A stretch of 64,000 bases of DNA from Candidatus Latescibacterota bacterium (GCA_965242865.1 CBDETK010000013.1:1472001-1536000); one strand, 5' to 3'; numbered from the stretch's first letter, positions 1 to 9,211 are shown. The notes: generated from the letters alone by a model not told the origin. Numbers and translations: made by a program.

Positions 1-1533
1 CCAATCAAAAACCTTGAGCCAATCAAGGATGTCGAACTTTTCGGCATGTGAGCCATCCAAGTTGGCGCGGAAAATGGCGAATGCCTCCGACCAGTAAATT
101 TTGGAACTATCCTCGTCCAAGGCGATCGCGCGAGGGGGCCAGTTGTCCGCTGTTGAGATCTCTTCGACCTGCGAGCCATTGAGGTTAGCCCGTTGGATCG
201 TTTCCCATTCCGACCAGTAAATTTTGGCACGGCCCCGGTCCAAAGTGATGGCAGATGGACGATCCAACCCGGTGATGATATCCTTGACCTGTGAGCCGTC
301 TAAGTCTGCCGCCTGAATTTTCCCCGTTCCCGAGTCGGCCCAGTAGATTTTGCGCCCGGCTGTCAGGGCAATGCCCATCGGCTGATCCAACCCGGTTACG
401 AGAACTTCCATGCCTGAGCCATCGAGATTGGCCCGTAAGATGGAACCCGCTATCGAGTCGCTCCAGTACATTTTGTCTATGTCGAGGGCAATGCCGTGTG
501 GTCTTCGCACGATTGGATCGAATAGGACTTCGCGGTTTTGTCCGTCCAAGTCCGCTCGCTGAAGCGTCCCTGTCCCCCAGTCGTTCAGCCTCCGACCCTC
601 TATCTCAGAGTCCGTCCAATATACCTTGCCCCCGTCTAAATCAAGGGCGATGCCTGCTAGCCATCCCGTGAGATGGAGTTGGCCTAAGTCGAAGAAGTGT
701 TCGGCGTTTTGTCCGTTGAGGTCAGCCCGCTGAATCGTCTGAGTGCCCGGATTGGTCCAGTATAGTTTGCCACCATCCGCATCGAGGAGGATGATTTCTT
801 GGGGATAGCCATCTGATACCGTGAGGATCTCTTCGGCGTTTTGTCCGTTGAGGTCAGCCCGCTGAATCGTCTGGGCGTCCGGATTGGTCCAGTATAGTTT
901 GCCGCCGTCCATGTCGAGGGCAATACTATAAGCACTTGTAGAAGCACTTGAGATATATTCTTCATCATAATCATAATCATTGCCGCCGAGATCGGCCCAA
1001 GCGATACCATATCCGTCCGTCCAGTACACTTTGCCTCTGACTAGATCCAGAGCACTGTCTTCTATATAATTCAATCCGTAAAAGAGGATTTCGGCGTTGG
1101 AGCCATCTAGATCGGATCGTTCGACGTTAAAAGTAAAATAGTCCCCTGCGTCACCTCTCGTCGTCCAGTATATTTTGCCTCCGGCCACATCCAGAGTGAT
1201 GTCTATTATCCAAGCCCTTCTTGAGGGATTATATCCTTCCACAAGAGTTTTGGTGTTAGAGCCATCTAGATCGGACCGATGGATGCCATCCACCCCTCTT
1301 TCCGTCCAGTATATCTTCCCCCCTGCTACATCGAGAGCGATTTTGTCTGGCCCTCTCAAATCTGGGATGACGAGTTGTTCGACATTGGCACCATCCAAGC
1401 TAGATCGGTGGATTCCCCACTCCGAATCCGTCCAGTAGATTTTCCCCTCCTCACTCGGCGGCTGTCCGTAGCCGCTTTGCACTCCCAAGATCGACCATGC
1501 CGAGGTGAATGCGGCGGTAATTGAGCGTATCAT
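1..1533 (-). CDS. Secreted YWTD (LDL-receptor class B-like) beta-propeller repeat protein, runs off the left window edge
   Basis: Manual translation from ATG 1533 (GAGGAG RBS upstream): MIRSITAAFTSAWSILGVQSGYGQPPSEEGKIYWTDSEWGIHRSSLDGANVE...GGKIYWTERG...; the same frame reads KIYWSEAFAIFRANLDGS near base 1; absent from the ORF track because no stop lies in the window. Confidence 0.85.
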   Translation of the reverse strand, partial: MIRSITAAFTSAWSILGVQSGYGQPPSEEGKIYWTDSEWGIHRSSLDGANVEQLVIPDLRGPDKIALDVAGGKIYWTERGVDGIHRSDLDGSNTKTLVEGYNPSRRAWIIDITLDVAGGKIYWTTRGDAGDYFTFNVERSDLDGSNAEILFYGLNYIEDSALDLVRGKVYWTDGYGIAWADLGGNDYDYDEEYISSASTSAYSIALDMDGGKLYWTNPDAQTIQRADLNGQNAEEILTVSDGYPQEIILLDADGGKLYWTNPGTQTIQRADLNGQNAEHFFDLGQLHLTGWLAGIALDLDGGKVYWTDSEIEGRRLNDWGTGTLQRADLDGQNREVLFDPIVRRPHGIALDIDKMYWSDSIAGSILRANLDGSGMEVLVTGLDQPMGIALTAGRKIYWADSGTGKIQAADLDGSQVKDIITGLDRPSAITLDRGRAKIYWSEWETIQRANLNGSQVEEISTADNWPPRAIALDEDSSKIYWSEAFAIFRANLDGSHAEKFDILDWLKVFDW

Positions 1534-1709
1534 CGAATACCTCCTCTGGTGCTAGTGTTTTACAATCCGAACTCCGCGATAGCCAACAGGACGCATCCGT
1601 TTTTATTGGGCTGCATACCATGTCCCTGCCCCAGCAGATTGAACGCGGCCATGGCGAATAGACCACGGTCAACATACTAGCACCATTGGCTAATATAGCG
1701 GATTGTAGG

Positions 1710-3002
1710 TCAGCGTCTATGCGCCAGCATGGCCACGCGGTGCCAACCCCAGCCGAGCAAGAGCAGCCCCAACCCACTAAGCCAGATTGTGCGCTCGACA
1801 AAAAACGCCAGTCCCAAGCAGGCGACTAGGCCCACGATGGCTATCCAGCGCGGGTAGAGCCGCTGGGCGGCGGGCAAGCACAGGGCGCAGAAGTTGGTGA
1901 TGGCGTAATAGACCAAAATGGAGAAGGCGCTAAAGGACCAAGTGGTTTCGACGTTGCCCACGAGGACTAGCCCGGCGATGGCCAGCCCGACGACCACCAC
2001 GGCCCTAGCGGGCGTAGTCTGGCCTCGATTGAGGCGGGCCAGCGCCCGGGGCATATCCCCGCGGCGGCCCATGGCCAGCAGGACCCGCGACAGGCCGAGG
2101 ATTAGGTTGAGCAGCACCCCAGCCATGGCGGTGATCGCCCCTAAGGCCAAGAGCCAAGAGAGGCCGGGGGCGTCAAAGGTCTGGGCGATGACCTTTAGGG
2201 GCGCGGCCTCGTCCACGGTGGCCGCGTAGAACGCCTCCGACCCTACGGCCGCTAGGGCCACCGCCCCAACGCCGAGGTAGAGCAGCATGGCGATGAGCAG
2301 CGCGGCGACGATGGCGCGGGGGATCGTCTTGTGGGGCTGGCGCACTTCTTCGCCCAGCGTGGCGATGCGCCCGTACCCCGTATAAGCCACGAACATCAAG
2401 GCACTCGCTTGCAGCAGGGCTAACCCGCCATCGTCCCTTGCGAAAGGGGTTAGATGCAGGCGGTGCAGTGCGCTGGGCGCACCGGCCACGATAAAGGCCA
2501 GCAGCGAGCCGAGCGTCGCGGCGACGATCGCGATGTTGACCTTGTTGGTGCGGTCCATGCCCAAGAGGGCGACGAGCGTGAGCACCAGCACGGCCGCCAA
2601 GGCGACCGGGGTGATCGAGGCGGCCCAATCTAGGGCGTTGAGCAGGTAGCCGGAAAGGCCCAGCGCGGCGGTGGCCGCGGTCGCGCTCTTGGCGCAGAGG
2701 AACATCCACCCGGCCGTAAAGCCGAGGGCGGGCCAAGCGTACTCATAGCCGTATTGGTACGTGCCACCGCTGAGCGGATGACTGGCGGCTAGCTGGGCAC
2801 TCGACAGGCCGTTGCAGAGGGCGACCAGCGCGGCGATGGCAATGGCGACCAAGACGGCCGGTCCAGCAATGCCCGCGCCGATGCCAATGCTGACAAAGAC
2901 GCCGGTGCCGACGATCGATCCCAAGCCGAGGGCGACGGTGCCGACCAACCCCAGCTCGGGTCGCAGGCGTTCGGAGGGAACGGGTGGAGGCGAGGAGGTC
3001 AT
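1710..3002 (-). CDS. APC-family amino acid permease
   Basis: 430 aa, about 12 hydrophobic segments, GSIVGTGVF TM1 motif, GGTYQY, FVAYTGY. Confidence 0.9.
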   Translation of the reverse strand: MTSSPPPVPSERLRPELGLVGTVALGLGSIVGTGVFVSIGIGAGIAGPAVLVAIAIAALVALCNGLSSAQLAASHPLSGGTYQYGYEYAWPALGFTAGWMFLCAKSATAATAALGLSGYLLNALDWAASITPVALAAVLVLTLVALLGMDRTNKVNIAIVAATLGSLLAFIVAGAPSALHRLHLTPFARDDGGLALLQASALMFVAYTGYGRIATLGEEVRQPHKTIPRAIVAALLIAMLLYLGVGAVALAAVGSEAFYAATVDEAAPLKVIAQTFDAPGLSWLLALGAITAMAGVLLNLILGLSRVLLAMGRRGDMPRALARLNRGQTTPARAVVVVGLAIAGLVLVGNVETTWSFSAFSILVYYAITNFCALCLPAAQRLYPRWIAIVGLVACLGLAFFVERTIWLSGLGLLLLGWGWHRVAMLAHRR

Positions 3003-3058
3003 GCGACAAATATAGCCCGGCCGGGCACTCGCGTCTCGTCAGGCTGTCCGGCCGCGCC

Positions 3059-3117
3059 TTGAATGCGGGCCTAAATCCCTATATTCTTTTATACCCTATC
3101 ACTGAGCGCAGTGCTCA
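3059..3117 (+). promoter_or_regulatory. Putative sigma70 promoter (TTGAAT-N17-TATTCT) and operator-like palindrome TGAGCGCAGTGCTCA (3103-3117)
   Basis: Palindrome repeated identically at 4054-4068 upstream of Cache copy 2. Confidence 0.45.
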
Positions 3118-3137
3118 TTAACTACGAGGAGGAAATC

Positions 3138-3680
3138 ATGATCCGAATGATGTCGTTTATCTTGGTTGCGCTGGGGCTGTTGGCCGGCGTCGAAAAAGCC
3201 GCGGCGGCGGCCAGAGACGTAGTCGACCGAGAGACGCTGAAAATGTTCGTGCTCGAAGCGAAGAGCGCGCTGGAGTCGGCGCAAGATGCGGAAGAGCGGG
3301 TGGCGATTCTGGAGAGCTTCAGGACCGAAGAATGGCTACAGGGGCCGATTTACCTATTCATCACCGGGTACGACGGCACCAGCTTCTTTCACGGCGCCCA
3401 ACCAGAGCGCGTGGGCACCAACAACATCGACCTAGAGGACAGCAACGGCGTCAAGGTGACGCAGCAGAATATCGCAGCGGCGCAAGCCGGGGGCGGCTTT
3501 GTGGAATATCTCTGGGACAATCCCGCGATAGAGGGCGAAGACGAATCCCCCAAGGTGAGCTACGTGGCTCCCATCGAGATCGGGGGGACCTCCTATTACA
3601 TTGGGGCTGGGTTGTATATTGCGCCGGAGCCGACGAGTGTCGCGCCCATTTCGTGGGGGCGGCTGAAAGCGCGGCTGTAA
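3138..3680 (+). CDS. Secreted stand-alone single Cache (sCache_2-like) domain protein, copy 1
   Basis: GAGGAGG RBS then ATG 3138; signal peptide; YLFI..DG..FHG..P...GTN..D.EDSNG...A.AGGGFVEYLWDNP...PKVSYV...IGAGLY; C-tail PTSVAPISWGRLKARL. Confidence 0.85.
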   Translation: MIRMMSFILVALGLLAGVEKAAAAARDVVDRETLKMFVLEAKSALESAQDAEERVAILESFRTEEWLQGPIYLFITGYDGTSFFHGAQPERVGTNNIDLEDSNGVKVTQQNIAAAQAGGGFVEYLWDNPAIEGEDESPKVSYVAPIEIGGTSYYIGAGLYIAPEPTSVAPISWGRLKARL

Positions 3681-3710
3681 CCCGTGAGCATCGTCGTCCT
3701 CGACTTTGGC
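3681..3710 (+). repeat. Duplicated 5' end of guaA (GTG start, first 9 codons)
   Basis: cccgtgagcatcgtcgtcctcgactttggc is identical to 5211-5240. Confidence 0.9.
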
Positions 3711-3717
3711 TGTCGTC

Positions 3718-3860
3718 TTAGAGGCGGTCTGAAAATCCCCCTTGGGGCAGGTTGAACAAGCCGTAGAGCCGGGCTCCGTCATTCCCGTGAAAACGGGAAT
3801 CCAGCCGGGACCGTTTGGACGCAAGGGACGTCAGAGTTTGCAGAGCAGACAGCCTCTTAG
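3718..3860. mobile_element. MITE-like element with imperfect TIRs (agaggc[g/t]gtctg) carrying the 27-bp REP hairpin
   Basis: Left end ttagaggcggtctg, right end cagacagcctcttag; internal gtcattcccgtgaaaacgggaatccag at 3778-3804. Confidence 0.55.
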
Positions 3861-4008
3861 AAGCGTTCTTAAAACTAGGGTTTCGGTCTCTGATTCGGCT
3901 TGGTCCTTTGCTGGATTCCCGCCCCGTGTCGGAGCACGGGGTGACGTTCTTGCGCGGGAATGACCGTACGAGTCGTCATGCAAGACTAGAGTTTTAAGAA
4001 CGCTTCTA
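3858..4008. mobile_element. MITE with perfect 19-bp TIRs, possibly IS5-family derived, carrying an extended REP hairpin
   Basis: tagaagcgttcttaaaact (3858-3876) / agttttaagaacgcttcta (3990-4008); internal ctggattcccgc...gcgggaatgac at 3911-3964. Confidence 0.75.
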
Positions 4009-4094
4009 AGGACGCGAAAAGACGCTGTGCGGGCTTAAAATACAATCTATCACTGAGCGCAGTGCTCATTAACTACAATTACGAGGAGGAAATC

Positions 4095-4637
4095 ATGATC
4101 CGCATGGGGTCGTTTGTGTTGGTTGCGCTGGGGCTGTTGGCCGGTGTCGAAAAAGCCGCGGCGGCGGCCAGAGACGTAGTCGATCGAGAGACGCTGAAGA
4201 TGTTCGTGCTCGAAGCGAAGAGCGTGCTGGAGTCGGCGCAAGATGCAGAAGAGCGGGCGGCCATTCTGGAGAGCTTTAGGACCGAAGAATGGAGACAGGG
4301 GCCGATTTACCTGTTCATCTCTGGGTACGACGGCACCAGCTTCTTTCACGGTGCCCAACCAGAGCGCGAGGGCACTAATAATATCGACTACGAGGACAGC
4401 AACGGCGTCAACATAGCGCGGCAGAATATCGCAACGGCGCAAGCTGGGGGCGGGTTTTCGGAATATCTTTTGGATAATCCCGCGATAGAAGGGGAAGACG
4501 AATCCCCTAAGGTGAGCTACGTGGCTCCCATCGAGATTGAGGGGACATCCTACTACATTGGGGCTGGGTTGTATATCGCGCCGGAGCCGACGAGTGTCTC
4601 GCCCATTTCGTGGGGGCGGCTAAAAGCGCGGCTGTAA
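4095..4637 (+). CDS. Secreted stand-alone Cache domain protein, copy 2
   Basis: Paralog of copy 1; GAGGAGG RBS, ATG 4095; tail SWGRLKARL. Confidence 0.85.
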   Translation: MIRMGSFVLVALGLLAGVEKAAAAARDVVDRETLKMFVLEAKSVLESAQDAEERAAILESFRTEEWRQGPIYLFISGYDGTSFFHGAQPEREGTNNIDYEDSNGVNIARQNIATAQAGGGFSEYLLDNPAIEGEDESPKVSYVAPIEIEGTSYYIGAGLYIAPEPTSVSPISWGRLKARL

Positions 4638-4667
4638 CCTTTTAACTACAACTGCGAGGAGGAAACC

Positions 4668-5210
4668 ATGATCCGAATGGGGTCGTTTGTGTTGGTTGCG
4701 CTAGGGCTGTTGGCCGGTGTCGAAAAAGCCGCGGCGGCGGCCAGAGACGTAGTCGACCGAGAGACGCTGAAGAGGTTCGTGCTCGAAGCGAAGAGCGCGC
4801 TGGAGTCGGCGCAAGATGCAGAAGAGCGGGCGGCCATTCTGGCGAGCTTTAGGACCGAAGAATGGAGACAAGGGCCGATTTATCTGTTCATCTCCGGGTA
4901 CGACGGCACCAGCTTCTTTCACGGCGCCCAACCAGAGCGCGAGGGCACTAATAATATCGACTACGAGGACAGCAACGGCGTCAACATAGCGCGGCAGAAT
5001 ATCGCAACGGCGCAAGCTGGGGGCGGGTTTTCGGAATATCTTTTGGATAATCCCGCGATAGAAGGGGAAGACGAATCCCCTAAGGTGAGCTACGTGGCTC
5101 CCATCGAGATTGAGGGGACATCCTATTACATTGGGGCTGGGTTGTATATTGCGCCGGAGCCGACGAGTGTCGCGCCCATTTCGTGGGGTCGGCTGAAAGC
5201 GCGGCTGTAA
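4668..5210 (+). CDS. Secreted stand-alone Cache domain protein, copy 3
   Basis: Near-identical to copy 2; GAGGAGG RBS. Confidence 0.85.
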   Translation: MIRMGSFVLVALGLLAGVEKAAAAARDVVDRETLKRFVLEAKSALESAQDAEERAAILASFRTEEWRQGPIYLFISGYDGTSFFHGAQPEREGTNNIDYEDSNGVNIARQNIATAQAGGGFSEYLLDNPAIEGEDESPKVSYVAPIEIEGTSYYIGAGLYIAPEPTSVAPISWGRLKARL

Positions 5211-5213
5211 CCC

Positions 5214-7001
5214 GTGAGCATCGTCGTCCTCGACTTTGGCGGGCAGTACGCCCACCTAATCGCCAACCGCCTGCGCCGCCTGCGCGTCCATGCCGAAATT
5301 CGCTCGCCAGCGACCGCGGTCGCCGATTTACAAGACGCCGACGGGCTGATTCTGTCGGGCGGCCCGGCCAGCGTCTATGATCCGCAAGCCCCAGCGTACA
5401 ACCCCGAGATTTTGGCGATGGGCAAGCCAATGCTGGGCTTGTGCTACGGCCACCAACTGCTCTGCCACCGCTTGGGGGGCCAAGTCGAGCGGGGGGCGAC
5501 GCACGAGTTTGGCGCGGCCCATCTACACGTCCAAAGAGCAGAGGGCGTGCTGGCCGGACTAGACGCCCGCGAGCGGGTGTGGATGAGCCATCGCGACCAC
5601 GTCGCAGCCCTGCCGCCCGGGTTTGCCGTCTTGGGCGCGACCGAAAACTGCCCGGTGGCGGCGATGGGCGACCCCGAGCGCAAGATCTACGGCTTGCAGT
5701 TCCATCCCGAAGTGACGCACACCGTCCGGGGCATGGACATCCTCGACAATTTTGCCGCGCTCTGCGGGGCCGAGCGGTGCTGGACGATGGAGCGCTACAC
5801 CGAGCAGGCGATAGAGCGCATCCGAGCGCAGGCTAAGGGGCGCAACGTCTTTCTGTTCGTCAGCGGCGGGGTCGATTCGTCGGTGGCGTTCCTCTTGCTC
5901 AACCGCGCCTTGGGCGCAGAGCGGGTGCGGGGCTTGCACATTGACAACGGCTTTATGCGCGAGGGAGAGAGCGCACGGGTCGAGCGGCTGATGAAGGAGG
6001 CCGGCCTGCACAACCTAACGGTCGTTGATGCCAGCGCGGATTTCCTCGCGGCTACGGCGGAGATTGCCGACCCCGAGGAAAAGCGGCGGCGGATCGGCGC
6101 GGAGTTCATCCGCGCCCGCGAGCGGGCACTGGCCGCGCTGGCACTGAACCCGGACGAGTGGCTGTTGGGCCAAGGGACGCTCTACACGGATACCATTGAA
6201 TCCGGCGGCACGGAAAACGCCGCGGTCATCAAGACTCATCACAATCGCGTCGGCGTCCTCGAGCAGCTTTTGGACGAGGGCAAGGTCATTGAGCCGCTCG
6301 ATCAGCTCTACAAGGACGAAGTGCGCGCCTTGGGCGAAACGCTCGGCTTGCCACCCCACTTGGTCTGGCGGCATCCGTTCCCGGGGCCGGGGCTGGCGGT
6401 GCGGGTTTTGTGCAGCGAGACGCCGAGCACACGGGCACTTGAGACCGCCCCCGAGGCGCAGAAGGTGGCCGCGACATTCGGCCTAGCGCTCGACGTGCTG
6501 CCGCTGCGCAGCGTCGGGGTGCAGGGCGATGAGCGGACCTACGCCCATCCAGCGGTGGTTACCGGCCCGAGCGAGTGGAAAACGCTGGCGGCCCTGTCCA
6601 CCGAGCTGACCAATCGCTTTCCAGCGATCAATCGGGTGATTTACCTGTTGGGACCGACGCCGCGGCCGCTGCAAACGCTCAAACCCGGGTATTTAACCCG
6701 CGACCGGCTCGACCTCCTGCGCCGGGCCGATGCCATCGCCATGGCGGCCTTAGAGCGGCACGGGCTGATGCGGGAAGTGACCCAAATGCCGACGGTGCTG
6801 CTCCCGCTGTCGTCGGATGGGGTCCAAGAGAGCGTAGTGCTGCGGCCGATTGCGACGTCCGACTTTATGACCGCACGCTTTTGCCGGTTGCCGCCGCCGT
6901 TTTTGGACGATGTGTGCGAGCGGCTGTTGGCACTCGCGGGCATTGAGGCCGTTTTCTACGACATTACCCACAAGCCGCCGGGCACAGTGGAGTGGGAGTG
7001 A
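5214..7001 (+). CDS. guaA: GMP synthase (glutamine-hydrolysing)
   Basis: VLDFGGQY, ILSGGP, GLCYGHQ, QFHPEV, SGGVDS, IKTHHN, HPFPGPGL, KPPGTVEWE. Confidence 0.97.
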   Translation: MSIVVLDFGGQYAHLIANRLRRLRVHAEIRSPATAVADLQDADGLILSGGPASVYDPQAPAYNPEILAMGKPMLGLCYGHQLLCHRLGGQVERGATHEFGAAHLHVQRAEGVLAGLDARERVWMSHRDHVAALPPGFAVLGATENCPVAAMGDPERKIYGLQFHPEVTHTVRGMDILDNFAALCGAERCWTMERYTEQAIERIRAQAKGRNVFLFVSGGVDSSVAFLLLNRALGAERVRGLHIDNGFMREGESARVERLMKEAGLHNLTVVDASADFLAATAEIADPEEKRRRIGAEFIRARERALAALALNPDEWLLGQGTLYTDTIESGGTENAAVIKTHHNRVGVLEQLLDEGKVIEPLDQLYKDEVRALGETLGLPPHLVWRHPFPGPGLAVRVLCSETPSTRALETAPEAQKVAATFGLALDVLPLRSVGVQGDERTYAHPAVVTGPSEWKTLAALSTELTNRFPAINRVIYLLGPTPRPLQTLKPGYLTRDRLDLLRRADAIAMAALERHGLMREVTQMPTVLLPLSSDGVQESVVLRPIATSDFMTARFCRLPPPFLDDVCERLLALAGIEAVFYDITHKPPGTVEWE

Positions 7002-7005
7002 GAGT

Positions 7006-7344
7006 ATGTTCGACACCCGCATCCGCGACGAAGCCGTGAGCAAGCGCCGCGAGCGGCTGCGAGCAGAGCAAGCCGAGTTGCTCGCCTGTGTCCGCAGCAC
7101 CCTGTTGGCCCTGCGCCAGCCGCTCGGTATTGAGGCCGCGTACATTGTCGGCTCGCTGCGGTCGCCCAATTCTTGGCGGGAGTCGTCCGACCTTGACGTG
7201 GCCGTGGGCGGCTGCTCGCCCGTTGTGCTCGAAGTAATGAAAGCACTAGAGGACGCGACCGGCAGAGTGGTAGATGTAATTGACCTCGACCGGCATCCCG
7301 CCCCCCAATCCTTTGTCCAGTCGGGCGTCAAGGTGTATGGATAA
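7006..7344 (+). CDS. Minimal nucleotidyltransferase (MNT) antitoxin
   Basis: From ATG 7006 (MFDTRIR...): GSL...SDLDVAV and VDVIDL motifs. Confidence 0.85.
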   Translation: MFDTRIRDEAVSKRRERLRAEQAELLACVRSTLLALRQPLGIEAAYIVGSLRSPNSWRESSDLDVAVGGCSPVVLEVMKALEDATGRVVDVIDLDRHPAPQSFVQSGVKVYG

Positions 7345-7801
7345 AGGAGCCTTCTCCATCCTCGAAGCGGAATTGCGGTCGCGTTCCCGAGATATCGACC
7401 GCATCGGCGGGCGCATTGAGGAACGCCTGAGCGCGTTTGCCCATAGTGCCGAAGGGATAGACAGCATGGGATACCAACTCCACAACCTCTACGGCGCGTT
7501 TGAGCAGTTGTTTGAGGAGGTGGCGCGCTTCTTTGAAAACCAAATCGACGAATCAAGGTATCACGCGGACATGATTAGGCGAATGCAGCTAGAGCTCCAA
7601 GGCATCCGCCCGGCGCTCCTGTCCGCCGAAACGGCTGCCGACCTCGATGAGTTGCGACGCTTTCGCCATCTATTTCGCCACGCGTACGCCGCAGAATTGG
7701 ACCCCGACAAAGTGGCGGATTTGGCGGCCCAAGCCGTGCGTGCCCGGCGCGCCTTTGCGCGAGACTTCGAGCGGTTCCTAGCGCGCTTGCGGCCCGAGTA
7801 G
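7337..7801 (+). CDS. HEPN-domain ribonuclease toxin (HepT-like)
   Basis: Overlaps the MNT stop; LHNLY..FE and RRFRHLFRHAY (R-x4-H) motifs. Confidence 0.85.
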   Translation: MDKGAFSILEAELRSRSRDIDRIGGRIEERLSAFAHSAEGIDSMGYQLHNLYGAFEQLFEEVARFFENQIDESRYHADMIRRMQLELQGIRPALLSAETAADLDELRRFRHLFRHAYAAELDPDKVADLAAQAVRARRAFARDFERFLARLRPE

Positions 7802-7802
7802 C

Positions 7803-7920
7803 TATAGCAACCCTCCATCCTTCAAGACTGGATTCCCGCTGTTGCGGGAATGACATCTCGTCGGCAAAAAGACGGCGTCGATGAACATTCCATGCTTTCA
7901 AGTCACTTAGGACCGCTATA
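7803..7920 (+). mobile_element. ~118-bp MITE (family A), TIRs TATAGCAACCCT / AGGACCGCTATA
   Basis: Alignable along its length with 25891-26008 and 27045-27161; contains REP hairpin 7828-7854; overlaps the tyrS stop. Confidence 0.8.
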
Positions 7921-9165
7921 GCAAACGAGGGTGTACTGCTTCTTGCCGCGGCGCACGATCCAGTATTGGCCGTGGAGGCCCTCTTGGCGGCGTACGCGCC
8001 GCGCCAAGTCCGTGCAGCGCTCGCCGTTGATGTAGATGGAGCCGTTTTGCACATCTTGGCGGGCTTGGCGTTTGGAGGAAGAGACGCCGGCCGCGACGAG
8101 CAGATCAATCAGTCCTAGTTCCCCCGGACCCATCGCGTGCGTTGGCACGTCGCCAAAGCCTTCGAGGATTTCGGCCTCGGATAAATCCTGAAACGCTCCG
8201 TAAAAGAGCGCGTGCGAGATGCGCTCGGCCCGGTGCGCGGCGTCGGCCCCATGCACCAAGGTCGTCACTTGGGCCGCGAGGGTGCGCTGGGCTTCGCGCC
8301 GCTCGGGCCGGTCGCGGACGGTTTCGGCGAGCTGGAGGATCGCGTCCTGCGCCAAGAAGGTGTACGCTTTCAGGTACTCGACGACCTTTTGGTCCTCGGC
8401 GTTGATCCAGAACTGGTAAAACTGATAGGCCGAAGTCTTGGCCGCGTCGAGCCAGATGGTGCCCGCTTCGGTCTTGCCGAATTTGCTGCCGTCTGCTTTG
8501 GTCACCAGCGGGCAAGTCAGGCCAAAGGCCCGGCGGCCGGCGGCGCGGCGGATTAGATCGGTGCCAGCGGTGATATTGCCCCACTGATCAGAGCCGCCGG
8601 TCTGCAACTCGCAGCCGTATTCTTTGTTGAGGACCAAGAAGTCGTAGGCCTGGAGCACCATGTAGCTGAACTCGGTGTAGGAAATGCCCGCTTCCAAGCG
8701 CGAGGCGACCGAGTCCTTGGCCAGCATGGAGGAGATGGGAAAGTGCTTGCCGACGTCGCGCATAAAATCAATGGCCGCGAGTTGGCTGAGCCAGTCGTAG
8801 TTATTGACCGCGACGGCCGGGTTGGGGCCATCGAACTCCAAGAAGCGCGCGAGTTGAGTTTTGACCTGCTCGGTCCATTCGGCCACCACGTCGCTGGCAT
8901 TGAGCTGGCGCTCCTCGGCCTTGCCGCTTGGGTCGCCGATTAGGCCGGTGCCGCCGCCGGCGAGGGCAATGACCTTGTGACCGGCGAGCTGGAAGCGGCG
9001 CAGGAGCAAGATCGGCACGAGGTTGCCGACCGTCAGGCTGTCGGCGGTGGGGTCGAAGCCATTGTAGAGCGCGATTGGACCGGCCGCGAGGCGTGCGGCG
9101 AGGCTGTCGAGGTCCGTGGCTTGGTAGATCAAGCCGCGAAATTGAAGATCGGGGATGATGTTCAT
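7903..9165 (-). CDS. tyrS: Tyrosine--tRNA ligase
   Basis: GFDPTADSL, GGGTGLIGDPSG, QAYDF, GGSDQWGNI, KFGKT, C-terminal S4 domain with RRGKK. Confidence 0.97.
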   Translation of the reverse strand: MNIIPDLQFRGLIYQATDLDSLAARLAAGPIALYNGFDPTADSLTVGNLVPILLLRRFQLAGHKVIALAGGGTGLIGDPSGKAEERQLNASDVVAEWTEQVKTQLARFLEFDGPNPAVAVNNYDWLSQLAAIDFMRDVGKHFPISSMLAKDSVASRLEAGISYTEFSYMVLQAYDFLVLNKEYGCELQTGGSDQWGNITAGTDLIRRAAGRRAFGLTCPLVTKADGSKFGKTEAGTIWLDAAKTSAYQFYQFWINAEDQKVVEYLKAYTFLAQDAILQLAETVRDRPERREAQRTLAAQVTTLVHGADAAHRAERISHALFYGAFQDLSEAEILEGFGDVPTHAMGPGELGLIDLLVAAGVSSSKRQARQDVQNGSIYINGERCTDLARRVRRQEGLHGQYWIVRRGKKQYTLVCYSGPK

Positions 9166-9184
9166 TAGGGGTCCTTATGGGCAT

Positions 9185-9211
9185 AAAAAAAGCCCCTGTA
9201 ATCAGGGGCTT
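9185..9211 (-). terminator. Intrinsic terminator (attenuator 3:4) in the tyrS leader
   Basis: Minus strand AAGCCCCTG-ATTA-CAGGGGCTT followed by a U-tract, about 20 nt upstream of the tyrS ATG. Confidence 0.85.

Noticed and set aside
291-1524. Short ORF-track calls in the first 1.5 kb
   Set aside because: Explained as alternate frames of the minus-strand YWTD gene.
3138-5210. Cache paralogs as DGR template/variable repeats
   Set aside because: Differences are not adenine-specific (many C/T synonymous changes) and there is no reverse transcriptase in the window.
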